From: Lama glama
Lineage: Eukaryota
Assembly (NCBI GenBank): GCA_028534125.1
Contig: CM052818.1
Location: 12,836,001-12,900,000 of the forward strand
DNA: 64,000 nt
Reading direction: 5' to 3'
The notes beneath the pieces were generated by a model that was given only the letters and a program-made list of their open reading frames with translations, was not told where the DNA came from and did not search any database. Both the position numbers and the translations under genes were made by a program. Each line of letters begins with the position of its first letter. The first letter of the stretch is position 1. Below, piece after piece: positions 11,680 to 24,500 of the stretch.

Positions 11680-14600
11680 TATTGTTGGTATTGTCTCTTC
11701 CTCTAATGATTGGCAGAATTTCTCAGTGAAGCCATTTGATACTGGAAGCTTTCTGTGTGGTACTGTTTTTAACTATGAATTCAAATCCCCTAACAGATAC
11801 AGGGCTATTCAGTTTACCTATTTCTTCTTGAGTGAGAACTGGTAGTTTGTGTCTTTCACAAAATTTGTCTATATCATTTAAGTTTTCAAATTGTTGGTAA
11901 AAGTTGTTTATAAATTTCCCTTTCTATCCCCTTCAGGTCTGTAAGATCTACAGCATTGCTCCTTTTCTCATCTTGGTATTGGTAACATACCTTCTTTCTT
12001 GTGATCAAGATCACTAAAACGTTTATCAAGTTTTTTGATATTCTCAAAAAATACCTTTCAATTTTATTGATTTTTCACTCTTGCTTTTCAGTTTTCCATT
12101 TTATTTATTTCTGTTTTTATCTTTGTTATTTCTTTATTCTGCTTACTTTGGGTTAAATTTACTTTTCTTTTTCTAATGTCTTAAGAAGAAAGCTTAGGTC
12201 ACAATTTGAGACTCTTTTTTTTTTTTTAACTAACGTGTTTTAACTGCTAAATTACTTTAACTTCATCCCCCAAATTTTGATATGTCTTGTTTTCAATTTC
12301 ATTCAGTCCCAAATATGTTCTATTTTCCTTTTGATTTTTATTTTGATCTAAGTCTTACTTACAGATGTTGTTTTACTTTGTTTGGGAATTTTCCAGATTT
12401 CTTTCCCTTACGGTTTTCTAACTTAATCCTATATTTGTAATACAGTATACTTTGCATGATTTGAATACTTTTTAATTTATTGACATATACATTATGACCA
12501 TGATATGATCTATCTTGGTAAAAGTTCTATGTGTATTTAAAAGGAATGTGTATTTTGCTACTACTGAGTGGAAGGTTCTAAAATTATTTATTAGTTAAAC
12601 TTTATAATCTTGTCCACGTCTTCTAAATCCTTAATTATTTTTGTTTTGTTCCTATCAAGTATAAATATTTCACCATAATTGGGAATTTGTCCATTTCTCC
12701 TTTCAATGCTATTAAATTTTGTTTCATTTATCTATAACTTTTGGTACTAGGTACATATTTAGGATTGTTATATGCTCTTTATCAATAAAAATGTGTCTAC
12801 TTTATTGATGGCAATATTCTTTGCTTTAAATTTCATCTCATATTAATATAGTCACTCCAGCTTTCTTTATATTAGTTTAATCTTGAGTATATTTTCCCAT
12901 CATTTGACTTTGAATCATTTGTGTCTTTATGTTTGAAAAAGGCTTACTGAATACCACACATATTTGCATCTTGCTTTTTTATGCAATGTGGGGCATATCT
13001 GCCATTCAATAGGGTGTCATGACCAGTGATATTTAATGTGATTTATTAATATTTTTAGGTTTAGTTCTACCATCTTGCTTTCATTTTTATTTGGCTATTC
13101 TAATCTTCGTATCCTCCTTCCTCTTCAACATCATCTTCTGGAATAACTGGTTATCTTTCTACAACACTGTATCTTCTTTACTGACTTATTAACTATTCGT
13201 CTATGTTTCCCTTATTATTAATTATCATTAACTTATACAATTAACTTTTCACAATCTAACTTTAAGTTACACTGTATCACTTAGAGGATAGTAGAAAAAT
13301 CTTGTGGCGTTGTTATTCCATTTCCCCTCTCCTGGACTTTGTCCTGTTACTTTCATACATTTTGCTTTTCCAAATGGTATAAATGTCACAATATATTAGT
13401 AGTTTTGCTTTAAACTGGGAATCTTTTTAATAGAAGGCCATATAGTAAATGTTTTAGACACTGTAGGTCACATGAAGTCTTTTGCACATACTTCTTTCAT
13501 TTTTGCTTATGTCTTATTATTGTTAAATATGTACAATTATTCTTAGCTCACAAGCCATAAAAAAACAGGTTGTAGGGACATATTAGGTCCATAGGACTTA
13601 CCTTGCCAACTACTACCTTCAACAGTCCATTACCCTTCAAAGAGTATTAAAAGTAAGAAAAAAGCCTTTCATATTTACTCACATAGTTACCATTTCCAAT
13701 GTTATTTATTCTACTGTGCCCATGTCAATACTGATTTCCATCTCTTTTCCTTCTGATGGAATGATTTTCTGCTTACAGCATTGATCGGCTGCTGGTAAAT
13801 TTTTTCAGCTTTATATACCTAAAAAAGTCCTTGTTTTGCCTTTGATATTGAAAAATATTTTGTCAATTATCCAATTATAAGTTGCCAGCTTTTTTCTTTT
13901 AATATATTAAAACTATTTTAAGAATATCTTCTTTCATTTGTACTATTTCTCACAAGAAGTAAACTGTCAATCTTAACTTGTGTACATAACTTTTTTTCTA
14001 GGTAGTTTTAAGATTTTCTCTTTGTCACTTGCTAAGCAATTTGACTATATGTGCCCTGCTATCGTTTTCATCACCATTTTTTTTTCTTCTTCTTTTTTTT
14101 TCTACTACTTGGGGTTTTATTAAGCTTCTTGGTTCTCTGGGTTCACTGTCTTCAAGTTTATAAAATTTTACCCTTTATATCTTTAAATGTTTCCCCCATG
14201 AACTCCTTTCTCAAACTCCAATCGCATATATATATTAGACCTCATATGTCGTTCCACTGTTCATTTTATTTCAGTCAGTTTTCTGTTTCATTCTGAATAG
14301 CAACTATTACTTCAATTTTACAAACCTGGTTTTCCATAGTATCTAATCTACTATTAATTCCATGAGGTGTATTTTTCCTTTTAGACATACTTTTCATCTC
14401 TAAAAGTTCTATTTGGTCATTTTTATCGTTCTTGTTTTTCATGCTTTCTTCTGCCATCTTGAATATGTGGAGTAAACATGCTTGTCTAGTCTATCATCTC
14501 TATAATTTCTGTTCTGTTTTTACAGACTAACATTTTTCCTAGTGATGGAACATGTATTTTTACTTCTTTTTTTTTTTACTGCATTTTGTGTTGTTTTCTG

Positions 14601-14850
14601 TTAATCGACAACAATTTGACACTTTCAAAGCTTGTTTTTAAGATTTGATAGGAAGCTCCAAAACAATTTTTATTCTAGGTTTAATTTGGCCTCACTCCTC
14701 TATTCAGTATTCAACTATTATAAGGTATTTTCTCTAGCTGGTAAGAACAAGAACTATTCTCAACCACATTTCAGCCCTGAGAATCATTCCATCTACTTTT
14801 ATTCTGGTGGTTCTCTGCCTGGCCTCACGTAGTGTGCTCACATGTCCACA
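11680..14850 (-). mobile_element. Old L1M (L1MC/MD-like) ORF1-ORF2 remnant
   Basis: T-rich antisense L1 ORF2 DNA (gaatttctcagtgaagccatttg..., aaggaatgtgtattttgc); minus ORF 14275-14457 IELLEMK...INSRLDTMEN resembles the L1 ORF1 coiled coil. Confidence 0.8.
13410..13617. mobile_element. MER58B/C-like MITE nested in the old L1
   Basis: aaggccatatagtaaatgttttagac...attcttagctcacaagccataaaaaaacagg...ttgccaac. Confidence 0.65.
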
Positions 14851-14859
14851 GCAACAGCA

Positions 14860-15905
14860 CAAGGCAGGGCCTTGCAGGCAGCAGAAGTCAGCTCCACCTA
14901 GCAGTGCACCTAAAAAAAATCAGCCTTGACACAACAGAAGAACGCATGCAGCCCACAAGGGAACACCCCAGGAGCATCTGGCTCTAGTGGACAGAGGGAA
15001 AGGAGTACGCTGCTGGGCCCCATAGGACATCTCCTACATAAGACCCCTGCTCCATAGTCAGGAGACATAGCATACCTACCTGATATACAGAAATAAACTC
15101 AGAGAATAGGCAAAATGAAGACACAAACAAAGACAAAACCTCAGAAACAGAGCAAACAAAATGGAGCTAAACAATCTACCCAGCAAAGAGTAGTGGAAAT
15201 CACCCAAGCTGAACAGATTTAAAAAAGAAAAAAAGGATTTTAAAATATGAGGATAATTTAAGGGACCTCTGAGACAACACCAAGTATGCTAACATTTGCA
15301 GTATAGGTGTCCCAGAAGGGTAAGAGAGAAAAAGAGGGGTAAAAGCTATTTGAAAAAATAATAGTTGAAAACTTCCCTACCCTGGAGAAGGAAACAGATA
15401 TCCAGGTTCATGCAGCACAGAAAGTTCCCAACAAGATGAGTCCAAAGAGATCCACAGTAGACATATCACAATTGACAAGAAAAAAAAAAAAGGCAAAGGG
15501 AAAGAGAATTCTAAAGGCAGCAAGAGAAAAACAATGAGCTACATAGAAGGGAACCCTCATTAGGCTATCAGCTGATTTTTCAGCAGAAGTTTTGCTGGCC
15601 AAAAGGGAGTGGCCTAATAGATTTAAAATGCTGAAAGGAAAAAACAACCAAGAATATTCTACTTGGCAAGGTTATCATTCAGAATTGAAGGAGAGATAAA
15701 GAGTTTCCAGACATGTGGAAACTAAAAGAGTTTATCACCACTAAATCAACCTAACAAGAAATGTTACAGGTCTTCTTCAAGTGGAGAAGAAAAACCGTAA
15801 CTAGAGATAAGAAATATATGAAAGAAAAACTCTCACCGGTAAAGGTGAATATTTAGTACAGACAGTGGGCCAGCCACTTAAAAGGCTAGTATGAAAGTCA
15901 AAAGA
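14860..15905 (+). mobile_element. L1 5' UTR end and internally deleted ORF1 remnant, with no 3' end
   Basis: Encodes degenerate GTLIRLSADFSAE and LARLSFRIEGEIKSF; homologous to 26170-26760. Confidence 0.85.
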
Positions 15906-16289
15906 CATTTTCCTTTTTATATTTTACTTCCATAATTTTGACTTCTGAGATCTTATATATAGGACATTCACACCCTCTCACATAACAATAATCTAGGTAT
16001 CCCCATCCATATTTTACTAAAGAGGAGATTAGGTATACAAGACTGTGGACTTTGAATGCATGCTTCATTAGTAGATGCTAATATTAAAAGTGATCTGTAT
16101 TGAGATGGGCTGAGGTCATAAGTCCAAAATTCAGTATGATGTAGGTATTAATAGCTTAGATGTTAAGTCAGAAAAACCTAGTTTTACCTCCCAATCCTCC
16201 TGGCACACAGCTCTGTCTTTATTACCCAACTTCAACATCGTCTTCCTCTTGACAATCCCCACAGACCCTCCTTTTCTCCACTTCCTCTA

Positions 16290-16512
16290 GCTGGGAGAGG
16301 GGAGGGGGGCTCCTTTATTGTGTGCCTGTGCCTCCCTGATGCTACTTCAATGCTGACGATACATTTTTATTGTATTAAACACGTGTTTCCTTCCTTCAAA
16401 AGTGTCCTATCTCCAGGCAGGGTGGTTTTTTGTTTGTTTACTTTAAAATCCCTATTGCCTAGTGCAGGGGTTTGGTATCTAATAGATTCAAAATTATTGT
16501 TGAATAAATAGA
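16290..16512 (+). mobile_element. L2 3' end
   Basis: ctccaggcagggt...ttgcctagtgcagggg...aattattgttgaataaata. Confidence 0.6.
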
Positions 16513-16854
16513 ATTCAGTGTGAAATTGGAAAGTAACAATTAATTGTGAGATTAAAATCTACCTAAAATTGAAATGTTTTCCCAGCTTTATACATTTCTT
16601 TTGTGAGATTCATAAGCCTGTTACTTTAGAAAGGAAAAACTTTTTATAAAAATATACACCAAGTAGTATCATCACAGCTTGCATCTGAAAAGTAAAAATT
16701 TCAGTTCACGAGCCAGATGTTTTATCTATTTAATGCCAAACATCTGGGTGTTTATATAATCAGAAATGATTGGTTAATTTTCATCCAATTTTTCATCTGG
16801 TGTTCAGTATCATGTAGCAACAATATATTTCTAATATCATATAGCATGTTTTAT

Positions 16855-16887
16855 ACACACACACACACACACACACACATACACACA
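16855..16887. repeat. (CA)n microsatellite
   Basis: Directly visible. Confidence 0.95.
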
Positions 16888-17904
16888 AATGTGCTTGTGT
16901 TGACTAAAATATCAGATGGTCCCATTTTCTTTTTATATTTTTACTTCTATAATTTTGACTTTTGAGATGTTATATTATTCACACCCTCCCATATACCAAT
17001 AATGTAGGTATTCCTATCCATATTTTATAAATAAGGAAGTCAGGTATGTTGACCTGGTGCATACTTGACTGTGGAGCACTATGATTTGAAACTAGGTCTT
17101 TCTGACTTTAACATCCAAGCTATTAACACCCACATCATACTGAATTTTGAACTTATGATCTTAGCCCATCTCAATATAGACCACTTTTTGACATTAACAT
17201 TTGCTAATGAAGCATGCATTTAAAGTCTCTTAGCATCATCTCATGATGATCTCCCTGATCCCCCTTTATATTTTAAAATGTTTCATTCACACATTCCCTA
17301 AATACGATCTTCAGTAAGATGTAGTCTTATTGTTGGCATAACAGGTACTAAGGAGCTGCTTCTCCATCAATACATCATAATAGAAAAGCTACCAAGATGG
17401 CTTCTCACAGTTAATTTTTACTCTCCAATTTCACACCCAATTCAATTTACTCAACAATAATTTTGAATATTATTATATAGCATATCCTGCATTAGGCAAT
17501 ATGGATTTACAAACAAAAAAGAAGTTAAAATTTGAGACTAAAGATATTTTACTTAATCACCCACAAGATCCTTCACTGTTCTTTGTTTGACATTTGCCTA
17601 TGCAAATTCCAACTTCCCTAGGAAATTTTAGGGCATCTTATGCTGGTCTTATTCCACTTTTCACATGCCCATGTACATTTCTTCTAATCTGTGGCTGACT
17701 CCGATATTACTGTTAATACAACAGGCCAGATAAGATTATGCTATTCAGACTAACTTTCACGTATGTGAGTTATTTGTATTTTTCCCTGAAACATTTCCTA
17801 TTCATTTGCACTATTTTTGAGTCTCTACAAAAAGTAATATTCTTTTTATTTAAAATTTTTACCTACAAAGTATTTAAGCAAAGGCTCTGCAGTCATGCAG
17901 AAGA

Positions 17905-18100
17905 AGGATTAGATTCTGTCTCTGTCACTTACTAATTGTTGTGACTTTGGGAAAGTTCCTCAGTTCTCTAGGCCTGTTTCTTTTTACTTATAATAGCTTA
18001 TATGATCCTAATTCATAGGACTATTGTGAAGATTAAAGAAGATAAAGCATGAAAAGCACAGTGCCCTGCAGAGTAAATTCTCAATAAAGCCAGGCTATTA
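17905..18100 (+). mobile_element. MIR SINE
   Basis: tctgtcacttactaattgttgtgactttgggaaagtt...ggactattgtgaagattaaagaagataa core. Confidence 0.8.
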
Positions 18101-18171
18101 TGATGTTGATGATAGTGATGATGATGTAACTAATTTAAATCAATACTCCTAGAAAGAATATTAGATTAGAA

Positions 18172-18320
18172 TCAGTGATTTGCACACCTTAGTGTGTAGT
18201 AAAAACTGCCTGGTGTGCTTGTAGCCTGGGCCTGCAACCCCATAGAGTCTGACTCGGTAAGGAGAAGTGCTGATGCTGCCAGGTAGGCCTCAGACAACAC
18301 TTTGAGAAACACTGGACTAG
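18172..18320. mobile_element. MER5-like MITE
   Basis: cagtgatttgcacac...cacactttgagaaacactg-type termini. Confidence 0.65.
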
Positions 18321-21300
18321 TGAACTCCAAGTCCATTGTTCATCTTCTATACCATTATGATTTTGACATTAATATTTATGTCTCACGTGTTTACATAAGC
18401 CCTGTCCCTCACTCACCTTGCTCCTGCCCTCAAGGCCTGGCAGACAGGGGAATTGCAGCTTCGGAGGGGAAACTGGGGCAACCAGTGTCTCTACTGCCTG
18501 CAGGGTCTCAGAGCAGCACTCCTTGTCTCCCTCAATTTTTAATATCAATTAGCTTATCTGTAATCAGAGTGGCGCTGGTTGCTTACTAAAGAATATATTC
18601 CTTTGGGCCTGACTTGTAAAGGGAGTGTAACAAAGGAATGAACAAAAACTACTGTCCAGCTGGAAACAAAGTACTTGCAAATAAATATGACAGGAGCAAA
18701 CCCAAACCAGAAATGCATTAAAATAGCAGCTCTCATCTTAATTATTCAAAAGGCCAAAATTAAGTTATTGATCTATGTGGACATAAAGTGGGTATAAAGA
18801 AGTAATTATAGCTACACATATATACATTATATAGGAATATATTTTAGAAATACACATATGCAATATATAATATTGCATATACAATAAAGCAGTGTGTGTG
18901 TGTCTTATAGAACTCCAATTGATTTCACTGCCTATGATAGTTAAGACAATTATTTTAGTTCTCTACTTTGGCATAAGGTATGCTGTACCTTAAGCCAAAG
19001 AAAAACAGCACATCACAAATTTGCCTGGAAAGAGAAAGTTGAGGCAATTTTTCATTTTGCAAGTAAACTCTTACCCTAGCTTTTCCTTACTTTTTTTTTT
19101 TTGACAGACTACCTTTCTTGACAACTACCTCTGAATTTTGATGAACTCGTCTGGGATCAACTGTATTTTTTCCCTCCTATGTACGCAGAAGAAGTAAAAT
19201 GTAGGCGTTGACAAAATGGCTGCCTTAGGTAAAGGCAGTACGTGGAGTGCAAGACCTGGTTGTTGTTACCTCCTGCAATTTGTTCTGTGAATCCCAAGTC
19301 AGAGTCCAGCTGTGAAAAGAATGGCAGAAAACCTGGTCTCACTTTTAACAGCTACCAGTCAACAGACTGTAGAGTCAACAGAGCCCACAGTACCCCCAGT
19401 CAGGAATAGCAGTGTGACTTTTTTTCCTGCCTCATTACATCAGTTCCCAGTCAGGAGGATGTCAGACTCCAGGCAGGGAAGAGACCATCACTTTGCCAAG
19501 GTGAAAATCAGAGCCTGTGAGGGGGAAAAAAAATCTCTGAAACGTATCTCCCTAAAGAATAAATAATAATGTCTTAATATTAGCATCTGTTATTATGAGT
19601 TATGATTACTTAATGCTTTGTCTCAGGATCTGCTTTGAGTAGTAAGCTCCTGCTTTCCAGGGGATTTAATGCCTTGTAAAAGAAAACACTAACTGAGCAG
19701 GTCTTGAGGACCCAGTCCCTTCCACTGATAATTCCAAGATGATGAGCTATCATGGCTGCGCAAACATGCAACATAGGAAGCTTATCAAACCATTTTTTAT
19801 GTGACAGAAATTACTTCTGATCAAATCCAACTCCCAGAATAAATTCAAATTATACAGCTGCTCTTATGGATTATGTAAAGCAGTCTGGCAATGAGAGCTG
19901 TAGGGTCTTTGTACTAATATTAGCTCAAATTGGGCCCATGTTTGACTCTAAAAGCCACCTGCAGCTAAAGTTTAAGAATTTCAGTATTAATGGTGATTTT
20001 TCCCTAAATGAATCAGCTGTCAAGTCCTGACCCCAGTGAATATATACATCAAAGAAAGTAAGTCTTTCTGGTACAGTAGTTACTTTCTTCAACAGATCAT
20101 CATTGTGTGGCAAAACAATGTTTCCCTATGCACTTACAAAACTGGTATTTTTCCCATTCACATGCTAACCTCAAATCTGTCAGATCTCAGTGTTCACTCT
20201 GAGGCGTCAAATAAAAGTGATTTGTTGGGAGAGGTCCTTTATTTCTAAGTTTATTAAATTTCAGGCATATACTCTGAGACTGCTCAAACACACAACATCC
20301 CAGATTTTCCCTATGATTCAAATCAAAAGGTCTGTATCTATATTAAGCAATAAAATGAATTTTGTGATTATTGCAAAATTAATTTTAATTTGTACTTTAT
20401 GAAAAAAGCTTTCTTTTACTTTGTATCTTTGCTGAATATTTTTCAGACAACTCCACATATTGAGCAATAAGCAAACCCTATTTTTACTTGTTAAAAAAAA
20501 AGTTATTTCCCTAATTGACTATGCAGTCCGAGGCTTGGTTAAGGCAACTTTGAAGATGTTATCCAGGGCCTAGGCAGACTGATGATGTGTTTATGGGAAT
20601 ATTGGTAAACAAGGAAGACTCTTGTACATCCTTTCTCACAGACTTTAAAACAGACTCAGAAAACCCTGGTATATCTACTCTGCACATTTTTATAGACTAT
20701 TTTAAAAATAACAATCTTGTAAATTAAGAAAAGAGCTTAATCAAGGAGGCTACAACATCTTTCAGTCCTTTACTTTGAATAAAAGTGTTAATTCAGAATG
20801 GCAGCATTCTTTTAGAAGTAGACCTAGAAAGATATTGTCTTTTCTATTCCAAGTGCCAAAATTTCCTCTAAAGATATTCTTTACACTTTCACCAACTGTT
20901 ACGTTGGGACAGTTATAAGTAAAAGCAACAGCTGTATCTGCTATTTTTAAGTGACTCACAGAGGGACAAATGACTGTGAAAGGGATGGGGCTTCAAGAAC
21001 TAACAGCACCAGGCACATGGAGAATGCTGAAAGATGGCATCCTTAATAGGTAAAGGAGTTTTAATGTACCAGCTCCAGAAAGAAACAAGTCAAGGCTGCC
21101 TAAAGAGTTCTGGCACCTCTACTTGAGGGAATGGAAAGAAATCACAGTTTTTTATGCTTTTCCAACTTTATATACAATAAACTTTTCTTAGATAAATCTT
21201 GATCTTCATTGGAAAAAAACATTCTCAGGAATGAAAAAAAAAAAAACCTCAGATAATCCAGAATTTTGAAACGCATCTCCTGTCAAGACATACCTGAGGT

Positions 21301-22519
21301 AAAAGTAAGTCCATAGATATTAATTCATCTCTAATGAAAAGTTAAGTATCACTTTACTGAGACCATTTCTTTTTCTGTTCATTCATGTCTGAATTTGTAT
21401 GTCATTTTGTGAGAGAGAAAAAACATAAAAGTATAGAATTTTTAAAAAGATAGCCCCCCAAAAATCCTGAGAAAATCTTTTGGAAAGCCTCATAGACAAT
21501 TTGCATCTGCACAATAATAATGTTGAAGTTCATTTTTAGAAATTCAACTGGATATAAAGTTAATGCTACCATGTTTTACAATGATGTAGGGTACTCTTTT
21601 TTTTCCTAAAGGAAATGCGTAGGTTTACACATGTATGATTAACTTAGTTTGTGCAGTGTCAACAGCTGCTACCCAATTTCTCAGTGTTTTTAACACAAAG
21701 AAATGGGTCCTCACTTTCTATCACTATGGAAGTCTCTGACATAGGATTCCCTATACAAAAGCACTTATGTCATTGACAGCCTTAGTCATTTTCTGAACAT
21801 GTGTTACTACAATAATGAACTCATATTGATGATAATCCAACAGTATATTTTTGATCAACACCCACTACTGTATTTGATGCTTGGAGGAAAAAAATAGATA
21901 TTTTATAGTTAATGAAACTGAGCCAGGGATAAATTGGCTTACCCAAGAATCCACAATCAGTGAGTTACAGATAGAATTAAAATGCATATCTCCTGATTCT
22001 TACAGCCAGTGATAGACATCCAATTCAAGATGAACAAGAGTTTTTTTTAAGTATAAAAGAATCTGATGATATCTGCCAAGCAATTATTCTGTTGAAGAAG
22101 TATGTCATAAATTTCTATTTGCACTTCAAGAGTTTCTCTACTAAAATGGCTCTAAAATTAGTATGAGCTACATCATAAAGTGTTTGAAATACCACAAATA
22201 AAATGATGCTTGAAAAAACAGAAGTGTATTCATAAAAATATAAAAATCTATTAATATGGTATATGCTGGGTTTATTTTTTGACTAATGCATCTGCAAAAA
22301 TAATGAGCTTTATTTCAAATGTCTTAATCCTTCCAAGTTTTCTCTCAGATCCTGCCTCTGATATGCTATCTATCTAGGTTATTAACCAGCACTTGCTGAG
22401 TGATCCGAGAAAATTCAGTTTGTCTTAGTCTCAATATTCTAAGCTTTAAAAATAAAAGGCTACACTACATAATTTATAAAGGCCCCTTCAATTTCATATA
22501 AATGCAAATATAAATGATT

Positions 22520-22760
22520 GTGCCTAATATTTTAGAGTTCCTACTATGTGCCGATCAGCCAGCTAAGTACTTTATAAGCATTATCTCATGTAATCAACAC
22601 AAGAATTTCATGCAATAGCACCCGACATTATCCACTTTCTATATAACGGGAAACAAGGCTCGAAAGAATTAATAATTTAGTCGCAGCTAAATAAAGATGA
22701 AACCTGGAAGTCAAACTCAGATCACCTGACACGGCAGCCCATGGTCTTAATCATTACATT
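22520..22760 (-). mobile_element. MIR SINE
   Basis: ctactatgtgcc...ctaagtactttataagcattatctcatgtaatc...gggaaacaaggctc. Confidence 0.8.
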
Positions 22761-22849
22761 TCACCATCCCTATTGGTCTTTAAAAAGGAAGGTCAAATAG
22801 CAGACTATAACAGCTACATACATAATAGCTGTTACATAATAGGCTGACA

Positions 22850-23010
22850 CCTCACTACTACATTCTGCAGACCAGCAGCGTCAGCATTACCTGGGTGCTT
22901 GTTAGAGATGCAGAATCTCGGTCTCCACTACAAACCTACTATCAGATTTTGCATTTTAACAAGATGCATACATGGCTCATATGCACATTAAAGTTTGGAA
23001 ACTGCTGACT
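22850..23010. mobile_element. MER5A MITE
   Basis: accagcagcgtcagcattacctgggtgcttgttagagatgcagaatctc...gcattttaacaagat...atgcacattaaagtttg. Confidence 0.8.
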
Positions 23011-24136
23011 TAAAGAACATTTAGGAAAGAACATAGATATGCAGGAAAGAAAATGGCCACATGCTACACGATTTTAAGAAGTGGACAGTGTCATTCTTTA
23101 ACAATAATTTTTTTCATAGGACTTCAATTTAATTATATACGGGGTAAACAATAAAACTGCCAGATGTGAAATGAAAGCACTTGCACAACTCAAAGCGTAT
23201 AATCAATACAGGTCTATTGTCAAACTAAACTAATCATCCTAGTGTCTTGAAATTATTTTTATATTTAAGTTGAGTCTGCTATTTAAATCACTGAAAACGA
23301 GGCCAAAATTTAAATAATTTTTATCTATGTTCACATGGCACCCAGTAAAAAAAAAAGGCAAAAATGAAAGCAATAATTGTCAATGAATATGTTTTGCTAC
23401 TATCACTTAGGTAGTATTCTTCCCTTCCATATTCAGTCATGGGTTCTAGCCACATACAGAGGAAACCTAGTATGCTCTGTTTTGTATTTTTAAGGAATCT
23501 CCCTACTTCTTTTTTTTTTTTTTTTAGCTGCAGAGTTGATTCTAATTGAGTAGCAAAAGTGCACCTTCCAGTCAGCTCCAATGCTGCAATTCTCCCTGAT
23601 CAATACTCCTCAAGTTGGTTTATTTGTGCCCTTGGCTATTAAAACTCACTCTTTAAGAGGAATCAACGCTGCAAAATACAGTTCTTCTTAGTACAGGTAA
23701 TGTGTTTCATGCGCTTGGCATAAATAAAACATTGATATTCTTAAAGAGCATTGAAGAAAATAATCAAGCCACAACGCTAAAAACAGACCTCTTATTTTTC
23801 CTTTCCTTATTACCAGAGTAGAGCATTTACTCTGAGATAATATAGTAAGTATTAAAGTAGGCTATGTGATTTCATCACCTGTTAAAAATATTATATGAGT
23901 CTACAGGGATTCTTGGCTAAGATAAGAAACCTGAACAATCAGGAGAAATATTAATTTACAACTAAATCACTGCTCACACAATATATCAAACTATTACTAA
24001 TATTTATCTGTGTTTCAAAATCAGGTTCTTCTTAAATCCTGAAAAAGTCACACACCATAAAAATTAGTGTGAATTATACTGTATTTATTGCAATTCCTTA
24101 TGAAAGTAGTTCTCCGACCTTTGGCTATATGCAATA

Positions 24137-24165
24137 TGTGAGTGTGTGTGTGTGTGTGTGTGTGT
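24137..24165. repeat. (TG)n microsatellite
   Basis: Directly visible. Confidence 0.95.
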
Positions 24166-24190
24166 AATGAATCCAGTTTGAAGCCAGAAT

Positions 24191-24304
24191 GTAGGTCTCA
24201 GGCAAATTTGGGGAATGTGAAGATCAAGGTAGGTCTTGGGCAAATTTGGGGAATGTGAAGATCAAGGTAGGTCTTGGGCAAATTTGGGGAATGTGAAGAT
24301 CAAG
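24191..24304. repeat. 38-bp minisatellite, 3 copies
   Basis: Unit gtaggtcttgggcaaatttggggaatgtgaagatcaag at 24191, 24229 and 24267; copies 2 and 3 identical, copy 1 has 2 differences. Confidence 0.97.
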
Positions 24305-24500
24305 CTAGGTATTGATTAATTCAGGCAGCTGTTTAACTCATTAACTTATGAAAGTTAATGGAATTAGGTTGGAAACTGTTCAAAGTATATGAATGGTTTC
24401 ACAGATTAGTTTTGGTCTAGAGCACAGAAACGTTAAGGGTAGTTATAATCAGGAGGACAATACTCAAGGCAAATATTATATCAAGAATAGAGATACTGGC

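Noticed and set aside
24191..24304. CRISPR-like array of 38-bp repeats
   Set aside because: Units are contiguous with no spacers, and the context is mammalian.
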